Source: Octopus bimaculoides (lineage: Eukaryota). From it: DNA of 58,325 bases. The stretch covers positions 7,266,533 through 7,324,857 of the forward strand of contig NC_068981.1 in NCBI RefSeq assembly GCF_001194135.2, given 5' to 3'. A program made the translations under genes and the position numbers. How positions within the stretch are numbered: the stretch's first letter is position 1; every line of letters begins with the position of its first letter. Shown in pieces: positions 1 to 10,999 of the stretch. Below the pieces are notes generated by a model. It saw only the letters and a list, made by a program, of their open reading frames with translations. It did not search any database and was not told the origin of the DNA.

Positions 1-92
1 TCTAGCAGGTTGAGTACAACGTTTAATTTCCTTTGTTTTCTTGTCTCTACGTCAGCGACACCAGTAGGAAATAAGTGGGAAACCTCTTTGGG

Positions 93-260
93 GTTGCTTG
101 ACCTATTAGAAATAGCAGCCAAATCTCGAATTACGTCTGGTTCACTGAAATCAAGCAAGAAACAATGGACCGTAAGGGGTGGTGGTCATGGTTGTAACGC
201 CGTTGGTCATAGATCTGCTCGATCAAAGATGATCTGAAATTAAATAGCTGCATCAACAGC
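93..260 (+). repeat. Interspersed repeat family D fragment (unclassified); related pieces at 1-20 (-), 330-420 (+), 45990-46138 (-)
   Basis: Shared motif ctcaacctgctagaaat / gacctattagaaatagcagcc and ggatggtca(t/c)g(g/a)ct recur at these positions; tctagcaggttgagt is exact at 1-15 and 46121-46135. Confidence 0.5.
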
Positions 261-2011
261 AACAACAGGAAGAAGACGAAAGGCAACAGCAGCAGCAGCA
301 ACAACAGCAGCAAATTATCAACGTTGGTGTTGTCTGATGATGTATTTTCGAAATATACTGTCTGAAAAGAGCGGGATGGTCACGACTGGATTCTAGATAA
401 GCTTCGTCCAGACTGGTTGTGATAATGGTGGTGGTGTTAGTGATGCTGGTGATGGTGGTTGTAAAGAACAACAACAACAACAATAACAATGTAGATGCAC
501 ACAAGCATACAAACACCGATACCCACATAAACACACACGCAAACACTCACATATACTCACACATACACGGGCACACACACGCGTACTCGCCTCCCCCCCC
601 CACACGCATTTAGCAAGTTAGATCTATAGAAAACTATTGAGGTTCGAAACTCGATTCTGGAATGATGAGACAATAACAACCGGGTGTTTGAAGAATTGCT
701 AAATCATAAATGGAATAACTCTGGATATAAATAAGATAAAGAATTACGGAATCTGCTTCTTTGAAACCATGTTGTATGACATTCCAGAGAATATTCAGCG
801 ATGTCTATGAGTTTAGCAACCGAATGTTAGTAAAATAGGTTTAGATACTAAATGAAAATATTTCAAAATTAATGCTTTCTCTCTTGATACGATTGAACAA
901 AATTTAGTCCAGCATAAATCTGGTCAATTAATGTAAAGATTAGTTAAAGTCGCACGAAGCAGCATTGAATAAAATTATATATATATATATATATATAATA
1001 TATATATATATANNNNNNNNNNNNNNNNNNNNNNNNNNNNNNNNNNNNNNNNNNNNNNNNNNNNNNNNNNNNNNNNNNNNNNNNNNNNNNNNNNNNNNNN
1101 NNNNNNNNNNNNNNNNNNNNNNNNNNNNNNNNNNNNNNNNNNNNNNNNNNNNNNNNNNNNNNNNNNNNNNNNNNNNNNNNNNNNNNNNNNNNNNNNNNNN
1201 NNNNNNNNNNNNNNNNNNNNNNNNNNNNNNNNNNNNNNNNNNNNNNNNNNNNNNNNNNNNNNNNNNNNNNNNNNNNNNNNNNNNNNNNNNNNNNNNNNNN
1301 NNNNNNNNNNNNNNNNNNNNNNNNNNNNNNNNNNNNNNNNNNNNNNNNNNNNNNNNNNNNNNNNNNNNNNNNNNNNNNNNNNNNNNNNNNNNNNNNNNNN
1401 NNNNNNNNNNNNNNNNNNNNNNNNNNNNNNNNNNNNNNNNNNNNNNNNNNNNNNNNNNNNNNNNNNNNNNNNNNNNNNNNNNNNNNNNNNNNNNNNNNNN
1501 NNNNNNNNNNNNNNNNNNNNNNNNNNNNNNNNNNNNNNNNNNNNNNNNNNNNNNNNNNNNNNNNNNNNNNNNNNNNNNNNNNNNNNNNNNNNNNNNNNNN
1601 NNNNNNNNNNNNNNNNNNNNNNNNNNNNNNNNNNNNNNNNNNNNNNNNNNNNNNNNNNNNNNNNNNNNNNNNNNNNNNNNNNNNNNNNNNNNNNNNNNNN
1701 NNNNNNNNNNNNNNNNNNNNNNNNNNNNNNNNNNNNNNNNNNNNNNNNNNNNNNNNNNNNNNNNNNNNNNNNNNNNNNNNNNNNNNNNNNNNNNNNNNNN
1801 NNNNNNNNNNNNNNNNNNNNNNNNNNNNNNNNNNNNNNNNNNNNNNNNNNNNNNNNNNNNNNNNNNNNNNNNNNNNNNNNNNNNNNNNNNNNNNNNNNNN
1901 NNNNNNNNNNNNNNNNNNNNNNNNNNNNNNNNNNNNNNNNNNNNNNNNNNNNNNNNNNNNNNNNNNNNNNNNNNNNNNNNNNNNNNNNNNNNNNNNNNNN
2001 NNNNNNNNNNN

Positions 2012-2226
2012 CTGTAGTGGGGACGGGAGGGGCGGTGGCGTCGGTGGTGGTAGTGGTGGGTGGTGATGGTGGTGGTAACTATAGTCGGGACGGGATGGCG
2101 GTGGCGGCGACGGCAGTGATAGTGCTGGAGGTGGTACTGGTGATGATGATGATGATGGTGGTGACTGTAGTGGGGACGGGAGGGGCGGTGGCGTCGGTGG
2201 TGGTAGTGGTGGGTGGTGATGGTGGT
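2012..2226. repeat. GT-rich minisatellite; ~62-bp direct repeat with 153-bp period next to an N gap
   Basis: ctgtagtggggacgggaggggcggtggcgtcggtggtggtagtggtgggtggtgatggtggt at 2012 and 2165. Confidence 0.85.
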
Positions 2227-2520
2227 AGTTTTGATGGTAGTGGTGACGGTAGTGGGAGTGGCGGTATTGATGCTTGCGGTGGTGGAGACGACGGTGTTGG
2301 TGGTGCTTGTGATGGTGGTGGTGATGGTGGTGCCGGTGGTCGCGGTATAGTGGTGTTGATGGTGGTGGTTGAAGGGAAGATAGCACTGGTAGTGCTTGTG
2401 ATGGTGGGGGAAATGGTGAAGAGGTGGTGTTGGTGTTGGTGGTGCAGAGTCTTACCAGGAATTAAATTATTTGCCAGCAATGTGTCACAAATGAAGACAC
2501 AAATATCAATGAGGTAATGG

Positions 2521-2531
2521 TTCTACTACTA

Positions 2532-2563
<32 letters not shown>

Positions 2564-2679
2564 ACTGCTGCTGCTGCTGCTGCTGCTGCTACAAGTGATG
2601 ATGAATGTGATGAGAGTAATAAAAATAACNNNNNNNNNNAATAATAATTATTACGATGATGATGATGATGATGATGATG

Positions 2680-2758
<79 letters not shown>

Positions 2759-2770
2759 TAATGTTAATAA
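2521..2770. repeat. Compound trinucleotide microsatellite (CTA/CTG/GAT/AAT)n
   Basis: Directly visible tandem triplets. Confidence 0.95.
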
Positions 2771-3039
2771 CGATAATAATCATAACAATAACTCTAATAA
2801 ATCGTTATGCGAATACATTTGCTCACAAATATACGCGGCTCTATACATACGTAGACACACACGTATAAGTAGATACACATATAGACATATACAGTTACAC
2901 ACACACATATACGTCCACAAATATAATAAACATTACTTTATACATGTCGGCCATCATAATTCTTCCTCTGGTTCTTCGTTCCGTTCATTACAGCAGTTAA
3001 ACCATTAAGACCTGACCAACTTGACGTTTCACACCTCAT

Positions 3040-3073
<34 letters not shown>

Positions 3074-3316
3074 NNNNNNNNNNGATAGACAGACAGACAG
3101 ATTGTTATTCATACATATACGCATACATGCACACACACACACATACTCACACGTTCATACACATGTAGGAAATCATGTGTATGTGTATTTATCACGTGTG
3201 AATAACTTGACACAACTGCGTATGTATATATGTATGTGTGCGAATATATTTGCACAAACACGTAGACACACATAGTCATATATACATATATTAGATATGT
3301 TTTTGTGTGTGCGCGC

Positions 3317-3354
<38 letters not shown>

Positions 3355-3521
3355 ATTTGTATATATATATATATGTGTGTGTGTATGTGTGTGTGTGTGT
3401 ATGTATGTATAATATATAATATATACATATACATACATTTATGTATATACATATATGTATGTATATATAAACATGTATATGTATATATATATATATACAT
3501 AAAATCCGCCACACCCCACAC

Positions 3522-3573
<52 letters not shown>

Positions 3574-3827
3574 GAATGCAATAAATCTCCACACACCGAG
3601 CATCTTTACATCAATTCTCCAAAGCTAACACTGACAGAATCGTCCATTAATGCAAACGGCGTTTGCCTGTTCCATAAATCTGTTTTGCCTGTCTGCCTGT
3701 CTGTTTGTCTGTTTATTTCGTTCATTGCTAATGTCTAACTGTTTACCCGTCTGCCAGCCTGCCTCTCAGTGTGTCTGTGCCTCTGTGTGCGTGTGTGTGT
3801 GTCTGTCTGTCTTTGTCTCTCTCTCTT

Positions 3828-3881
<54 letters not shown>

Positions 3882-4477
3882 AGCCTGTAGCGGTTTCCTT
3901 GTTTACCTTAATTATTATCAGTCCCATTATCTTTAGTTCTCACATCTCAAATTAATATTACTTTTAACAAAGAATCCTGCTAAAGATAGGATTTTTATTT
4001 AATACCAACAAGGCTTAATAGAAATATGTTTATTTGTAATGTTGCCGAGACTAGAAGCCAGTTCTAAATAGACTTGAATTTGGTAAATAGACTTTCCTTT
4101 CATGTTTACATTTTAGCAAGAAATAATAAATAATAAAATAATATACTTTAAAAAGCATCTTAATATTTTGTCAATTACAAAATTAAAACATTTTTTATGC
4201 TGTACATTTTCTTCTACGGTTATCGTCGCTTGTCTATCTTTAGGGCATCCGAAAAGCAGCCACATTGTAATTGTGAAATCGACGAATGGAAAGAGTTGTA
4301 AGAGAAGTTCTGAGACGGTTTTACAAGGGAGTTAGCATGATATTTTAAAGAGAGTTTGTGCCAGAATATGATCAGTTCAGTTGTGATGAGTCTAGTGGTT
4401 CGGGACGTTATCGTTCCTAGCGATCTTAAAATCTTTTCGTTAAGTGTAAGGTAACACACATATACATATAGGGAGAG

Positions 4478-4530
<53 letters not shown>

Positions 4531-5154
4531 NNNNNNNNNNNNNNNNNNNNNNNNNNNNNNNNNNNNNNNNNNNNNNNNNNNNNNNNNNNNNNNNNNNNNN
4601 NNNNNNNNNNNNNNNNNNNNNNNNNNNNNNNNNNNNNNNNNNNNNNNNNNNNNNNNNNNNNNNNNNNNNNNNNNNNNNNNNNNNNNNNNNNNNNNNNNNN
4701 NNNNNNNNNNNNNNNNNNNNNNNNNNNNNNNNNNNNNNNNNNNNNNNNNNNNNNNNNNNNNNNNNNNNNNNNNNNNNNNNNNNNNNNNNNNNNNNNNNNN
4801 NNNNNNNNNNNNNNNNNNNNNNNNNNNNNNNNNNNNNNNNNNNNNNNNNNNNNNNNNNNNNNNNNNNNNNNNNNNNNNNNNNNNNNNNNNNNNNNNNNNN
4901 NNNNNNNNNNNNNNNNNNNNNNNNNNNNNNNNNNNNNNNNNNNNNNNNNNNNNNNNNNNNNNNNNNNNNNNNNNNNNNNNNNNNNNNNNNNNNNNNNCGC
5001 CACCATAGTTCCTACTCTTCTAAATCCACTCTTTGCACACCCTTGTACCCAATCCACTCGCATCAGCCGTCGCCTCTTGTCGTCCCTATTCCAGTCACAT
5101 CACACATCCTCGACTCAACACTCCGAACAATACTTTTTGTCCATGCAACCTTAG

Positions 5155-5202
5155 TTTCTGATGGAAGTACCAACCAATTAACGTTTAACCATCAAAAAAT
5201 TG
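5155..5202 (+). CDS. Candidate 48-nt coding exon (phase 1 to 1; xSDGSTNQLTFNHQKI), unidentified gene
   Basis: Acceptor ...gcaaccttag|, donor ttg|gtaagt; only one frame open; phase-compatible with 5778-5854. No homology recognised. Confidence 0.25.
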
Positions 5203-5278
5203 GTAAGTAACGACACTCAATGATTTGAAATAATATATTTCTAAATCTCTCAGAGAGATTTATGCCGTAGCAGCACGA

Positions 5279-5526
5279 TAAATTGATAGTATGCTGTCAA
5301 CTTAATGTGACAGTCCCATGAAGGGGAAGAATGCTACTGTTATTTCGCCCTAGGAAACACTGTTGGCTTTGCTGGGTGGAGGTGCTTTGTCTCCACTTTG
5401 AAAACATAAGGGCACAGGAAATGTGTCAAGTCCAACAGGAAACGGTGTTTCCTAGGAGTAAATAACAGTAGCATTCTTCCCTTTCATGGGACTGTCATAT
5501 TAAGTTGACAACATACTATCACTTTA
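5279..5526. mobile_element. MITE / foldback element with ~82-bp inverted arms, TA at both ends (Tc1/mariner-like)
   Basis: 5279-5360 is the reverse complement of 5445-5526 with a few substitutions (gatagtatgctgtcaacttaatgtgacagtcccatgaag... vs ...ttcatgggactgtcatattaagttgacaacatactatc). Confidence 0.85.
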
Positions 5527-5777
5527 CTCATCAAGTTGTTCGGAACTTTAAAGGTAATGATGAGTAACCACTGCTGCTAAGAACGCTAAAGGTAATGACT
5601 GTCTCTGAAGATAGGAACACTAAACGAAATGACAAGCAGTCAACGTTGTTAGGACCTGCGAAAATTACGACAACTGTTCCTGCGCTAAGGACCTTTAAAG
5701 GTAATGACTACTCCTGTCCCTGGGAAATCCTATAATATCAAGCAGTGATTGCTATTCCAATCAACTTCATTTTCCAG

Positions 5778-5854
5778 CTCTTCTGAGTATGTTCCGAAGT
5801 TGCATTGACGGAAAACGAACTGGAAATCGACTGTGGACTCACGAGAAAGACACG
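5778..5854 (+). CDS. Candidate 77-nt coding exon (phase 1 to 0; xLLSMFRSCIDGKRTGNRLWTHEKDT), unidentified gene
   Basis: Strong acceptor tcaacttcattttccag| and donor ACG|gtgagt; only one of three frames open; non-repetitive, more balanced composition than flanks. Confidence 0.45.
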
Positions 5855-7062
5855 GTGAGTATAAAAAATATTGGGTAAAATAGAAAGCTGTAGGTAGGAA
5901 ATTTGAGATCAAACATCAAGTTCATGAGTTCAATACCCAGCAGGAGACAACGGAAGTTTATGGTAAGTTTGTTGTTATTGAAATTTTTGTAAGGCATCAA
6001 GTTTTCCATTTGTAAAAGATTTTCTTTCCATAAACAGGAAGAATGCTAGAAGAGAGAGAGAGAGNNNNNNNNNNNNNNNNNNNNNNNNNNNNNNNNNNNN
6101 NNNNNNNNNNNNNNNNNNNNNNNNNNNNNNNNNNNNNNNNNNNNNNNNNNNNNNNNNNNNNNNNNNNNNNNNNNNNNNNNNNNNNNNNNNNNNNNNNNNN
6201 NNNNNNNNNNNNNNNNNNNNNNNNNNNNNNNNNNNNNNNNNNNNNNNNNNNNNNNNNNNNNNNNNNNNNNNNNNNNNNNNNNNNNNNNNNNNNNNNNNNN
6301 NNNNNNNNNNNNNNNNNNNNNNNNNNNNNNNNNNNNNNNNNNNNNNNNNNNNNNNNNNNNNNNNNNNNNNNNNNNNNNNNNNNNNNNNNNNNNNNNNNNN
6401 NNNNNNNNNNNNNNNNNNNNNNNNNNNNNNNNNNNNNNNNNNNNNNNNNNNNNNNNNNNNNNNNNNNNNNNNNNNNNNNNNNNNNNNNNNNNNNNNNNNN
6501 NNNNNNNNNNNNNNNNNNNNNNNNNNNNNNNNNNNNNNNNNNNNNNNNNNNNNNNNNNNNNNNNNNNNNNNNNNNNNNNNNNNNNNNNNNNNNNNNNNNN
6601 NNNNNNNNNNNNNNNNNNNNNNNNNNNNNNNNNNNNNNNNNNNNNNNNNNNNNNNNNNNNNNNNNNNNNNNNNNNNNNNNNNNNNNNNNNNNNNNNNNNN
6701 NNNNNNNNNNNNNNNNNNNNNNNNNNNNNNNNNNNNNNNNNNNNNNNNNNNNNNNNNNNNNNNNNNNNNNNNNNNNNNNNNNNNNNNNNNNNNNNNNNNN
6801 NNNNNNNNNNNNNNNNNNNNNNNNNNNNNNNNNNNNNNNNNNNNNNNNNNNNNNNNNNNNNNNNNNNNNNNNNNNNNNNNNNNNNNNNNNNNNNNNNNNN
6901 NNNNNNNNNNNNNNNNNNNNNNNNNNNNNNNNNNNNNNNNNNNNNNNNNNNNNNNNNNNNNNNNNNNNNNNNNNNNNNNNNNNNNNNNNNNNNNNNNNNN
7001 NNNNNNNNNNNNNNNNNNNNNNNNNNNNNNNNNNNNNNNNNNNNNNNNNNNNNNNNNNNNNN

Positions 7063-7130
<68 letters not shown>

Positions 7131-7132
7131 GA

Positions 7133-7179
<47 letters not shown>

Positions 7180-7226
7180 AAGAAGAAGAAGAAGAAGAAG
7201 AAGAAGAAGAAGAAGAAGAAGAAGAA
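7063..7226. repeat. Compound microsatellite (AAC/AAT/TAG/GAA)n
   Basis: Directly visible. Confidence 0.95.
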
Positions 7227-7555
7227 AATGGTAAGGACTTCTTTTATGAGAATGTGGGGGTGGAAGGGAAACATTAGCAAAACAAACCCAAAGATGGGGC
7301 AATTCGTAAAGCAAACTAAAATAGGAAGAAGACGACATTTAAAAACAAACAGACAATTGATAAATAGTAAAGTTATTATCCAAAGAACGAAGTTATATAC
7401 AAGCATAAGCGCGCGCGCGTGTGTGCGTGCGTGTGTACGCACATATTACTGTACTGAAAAATCTTCTGATCGTCTAATTTAGAGTTTGGCTTTTATATTT
7501 ACGAGAAGCATGTGTATATGTACACATATTCTTACACAAACTCACGTACACACAC

Positions 7556-7725
7556 GGCGCAAGCGTGGCTGTGTAGGTAAGACGTTTGCTTCCTAACCAC
7601 GTGGTTCCTGGTTCAGTCCCACTGTGTGGCACCTTGGGCAAGCGTCCTCTACTCTAGCCTTGGGCCAACAAATGCCTTGTGAGTGGATTTGGAAAACGGA
7701 AACTGAAAGAAGCCTGTAGAATATA
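7556..7725 (+). mobile_element. tRNA-derived CORE-type SINE, family A (head + core)
   Basis: A-box-like tggctgtgtaggt, B-box-like ggttcagtccc, core gtggcaccttgggcaag resembling the MIR/CORE motif (gtgaccttgggcaag). Confidence 0.85.
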
Positions 7726-8259
7726 TCTATGTGTGTGATTTGTAAGAAGAACATTAGATAAATGTGGATAATGTAGGACCTAGGTTTCGAACTTTCCAAA
7801 TTACATTTGTTAACGTAAATTTGCTTAGTTCTTTTTGGCTAGATTCACTTAGACAGAATTTCAAATGTCGCTACATCAATACCGGTATTTACTTGTCTGA
7901 ACGCTTGGCTGTTAACAGACCGAGAATAGTGAAAAAGTTTTCGAAGAAAAAATTATTAAATAGTGCAACACAGTAGTATTACTTTCCAGTAAAGCAAAGC
8001 ACAGAAGAGAACTAATCAAATTTACGCTTACAAACCTAATTTGGAAAGTTTGAAATCTCGGTCCTAGATTATCCACATCTGGGTTGTACATTTATTTAAT
8101 GTTCTTCCTACAAGTAAGATGAAATTTCTTATGTTCGCCGCCCGCAAACGTCTTTGCCAGTATATATATATACATATAGTGAAGCTTTACTACAGCGTCT
8201 TATATTATCATCGGCTATTTTCAGTGAATATTAGTGCACTGTTGTACCACTATCCTATA

Positions 8260-9010
8260 TATATATAAAGCTTCTATTCCATTATTCCAGCCACAGTCTA
8301 ATGATGCTGACTGGTTTTATGTCTATATATTGTGAGAATATGGCTGCGTGTATCTTTTCTCTTATTTTTTTCTACCTATTAAAGTAACTTCCCTTTTATT
8401 CAACGGTTTTTCATAGCGTCTGTTGCCATTAATAGCCGACGAGAATGTATCGTAGCTCTTCGCTCCGACATTCGAAACTCCGAGTACTATAACGACAACT
8501 TACTGTTTATCCCAAATTATACATATACATATATGAATAATTCTCTATTTACCTAATATCGAGGTCTAATTATTTTGTTGTCATTTATTATTATCATTAT
8601 ATATAATACAATATATATATATATATATATATATATCTTTTTGCCACTTAATTCCTCCGCATCACAAATTTTATTTTAATTTGCTTTGCGGGAAAAGCTA
8701 TTCTAACAATGCGTCCTGCCCTATCTCTTCGAAACGCTTAGTTTAGAATAGGGGCAGCTGATGAAGGAAATGTTTTCTATGTGGCCTGCCTGTTTTCCTG
8801 TGTGTTCCTACCGTTGTCCGAAAATAAGTTTGTTTTCCGTGCTTTGTTTTTGTTCTCGTTTTTCATTTTGTCTACGTTTTTTGTGACGTTCTGTACCCAG
8901 ATATGCATCTATATATACATGTAGATGTAGGTATGTACATACATGTACGTATATATGCATATACTCATATTATTTGTATTATATATATATATATTATATT
9001 TATATATATA
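8260..9010 (+). mobile_element. Non-coding Penelope-pLTR / retrozyme-like repeat containing hammerhead motifs
   Basis: Hammerhead motif at 8432-8490, GAAAC and CTGATGAAGG motifs at 8731-8767, pyrimidine-rich tail; 3' end gtgacgttctgtacccagatatgcatctatatata resembles 12819-12850. Boundaries approximate. Confidence 0.5.
8432..8490 (+). ncRNA. Type I hammerhead ribozyme motif (U4C core variant)
   Basis: Stem I ATAG/CTAT; core CCGACGA; stem II GAATGT/ACATTC; GAAA; stem III CTC-C-GAG; GUA cleavage triplet (site after 8486). Confidence 0.7.
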
Positions 9011-9019
9011 TGTCTGCAA

Positions 9020-9110
9020 TGTTGACCGCGATGGAAGTTCGAGATCAGAATAAATATAGCAAGGTATTTAGTCCGGCACTTTTACAACTGTTCCAGTCCA
9101 CTGCCCTAGC
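9020..9110 (-). mobile_element. Family C SINE head fragment, diverged
   Basis: Similar to the head of the 16470-16685 copy (gcaaggtatttagtccggcac...ctgttccagtccactgcc). Confidence 0.45.
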
Positions 9111-9640
9111 AGCAGCAGCAGCAACAACAACAAGGACAATAAGTAAATATTAAGGAAATGAACATCGAAAGAACCCAATTACGAAATGATGACTAAATCA
9201 TTGATCCTGGTTTTCCAAACTGGTGTCAGTTTGAGGGTTATATCACGTGACCATATCCTTTTACCGGAAACCAATATATGTGTATATTTTTAGACACGCA
9301 CACGCACACACACACAAACATACACACATACATATATCTGTTTATCTACACACACACTGACATAGATATACACTCACACACGCACACACACAACAACACA
9401 ATCATAAACACACACACCCACACTCACACACACACTCATACACACACATATATGTTTATCTACACACACACTGGCATAGACACTCACCCACACACACATA
9501 CACACACACACCAACCATCATCATAAACACACACACATATCTGTTTACCTACACACACACCGACATAGACACACACTCACACACACATACACACACGCAC
9601 ACACACACCAGCCACAAACATAAACACGCACACCAATACT

Positions 9641-9675
<35 letters not shown>

Positions 9676-10417
9676 GTATATGTATGTGTATGTGTATGTA
9701 TTTGTTATGAAGAAAAATGTTTCGCAATGAACTTAAAAGCTCGATAAAGACAATATCCGTTTAGCATTTGGTCTGAGGAAGGAGCGTCTGGTGTGGCAGC
9801 AGGATAACAATGACAGTGATGGGTTCCGATAGAATTCTTATTAGGACAAACTCTTATAATAGAGTGCTGGAGTTCCTGTTTTGGTAAATCGCCTTGACTT
9901 AAAGAGGAAGTGTCAATTCAAAAACGCTCGGTGCCACTAGAAAGATATGTCAGTCTTAGCAGGAAACAACATCCGTCACACAAAGTAATTTTCGGCCAAA
10001 TTAAGTGTTTTATGGATTTGCTTTTTGTTCGAAATTCATTTTACGAATGGTAAGGAAACGTTGTTAACATGATTATGCAAAAATATCTACACAACGAATG
10101 GTAAGTTACACGCACACACACATAGATGAAAGCATACATACATACATACATACATACATACATACATACATACATACATACATACATACAGCAGTGGAGA
10201 TCATCTGCTCGGCAGATGTCAAGATAGAGCTAGAGATCAGTGACAAAGAAAACACCTACGCTGAACTATTGAGAAATTTATTGCTACTCTGCCCGGAATA
10301 CAAGTTCAAATTTATACCTGTAATTATTGAGGCACTAGGATACACTACCTAAATATCATTTTTGAGAAATCAAGCTTCTTAAAACCAGAAAAGAGAAAGC
10401 TAATTAGGAGATTACAG

Positions 10418-10999
10418 GGATTTTTGCGGTTTTCTTCACTGTTTACAATATTCTTCCAATTGTCTTCAAATTTGGTGTATAGATTAAGTTTTCTATACTT
10501 ATTATGAAAATGAAATTCATTTTCCCTATAAATCCATGATTAAAAAGTTATTAGCCTTTAAAATTTGCAAAATTTGGGCATTTTAGCCAATCAGAAACGA
10601 GTATTTCACATATCACCATGGCGAAAATTTCTATTTCCATAGTAACCAATGCAAAGAAGCACCACGTGCTGCATAGCTGACTGCGAAGAACTGTTTCCAT
10701 GGTAACTAAAGATGCTGCGCATGCGCAAAAGGAGAAGATACGAGAATGATAATTTATTTTATAAAATCTTAGTTTAATGTTTTGATATGCCTATGCCCCC
10801 CCCCCCCCGATGATGGAAGAAGCAGCGAACGTGCTGTTTTCTGATTGGCTGAAAATTCAGAAAATTATTAAACTTTGAATACCTGTAACATTTTTGCGAA
10901 ATTTTCCTGGAATAAATGAATGACAAATTCGGATTCAGCGTCAAAAATTACATCTATATGGTGCATTAAAAAATTTGGTGACGAAAACCAGAAAGATCT
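10418..10999. mobile_element. 582-bp non-autonomous DNA transposon (MITE) with 8-bp TSD gattacag
   Basis: TSD at 10410-10417 and 11000-11007; imperfect ~21-bp TIR (ggatttttgcggttttcttca vs revcomp agatctttctggttttcgtca); the empty-site equivalent is continuous at 47290-47310. Confidence 0.85.
10585..10850. promoter_or_regulatory. Cluster of TF-site-like motifs inside the MITE (2 X-boxes, NRF1-like, E-box, inverted CCAAT pair)
   Basis: atttccatagtaac 10633, gtttccatggtaac 10693, tgcgcatgcgca 10716, cacgtg 10663, agccaatcagaaa 10585 / tttctgattggct 10838. Function untested. Confidence 0.35.

Noticed and set aside
327-365. CTGATGA...GAAA at 334-353 as a hammerhead
   Set aside because: Stem II (tgtattttc) and stem I cannot pair; it lies in a family D repeat.
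4998-5150. Possible RTE 3' remnant on the minus strand (DKRRRLMRVDWVQG)
   Set aside because: Similarity is too weak to assert without an alignment.
5545-5712. Three copies of taaaggtaatga
   Set aside because: Irregular spacing and only 12 bp; likely a decayed minisatellite, not a CRISPR-like array.
7556-7625. tRNA-like heads of SINEs as tRNA genes
   Set aside because: A/B boxes are present but there is no complete cloverleaf; each continues into SINE core sequence.
10044-10105. acgaatggtaag repeated twice
   Set aside because: Short local duplication with no further structure.
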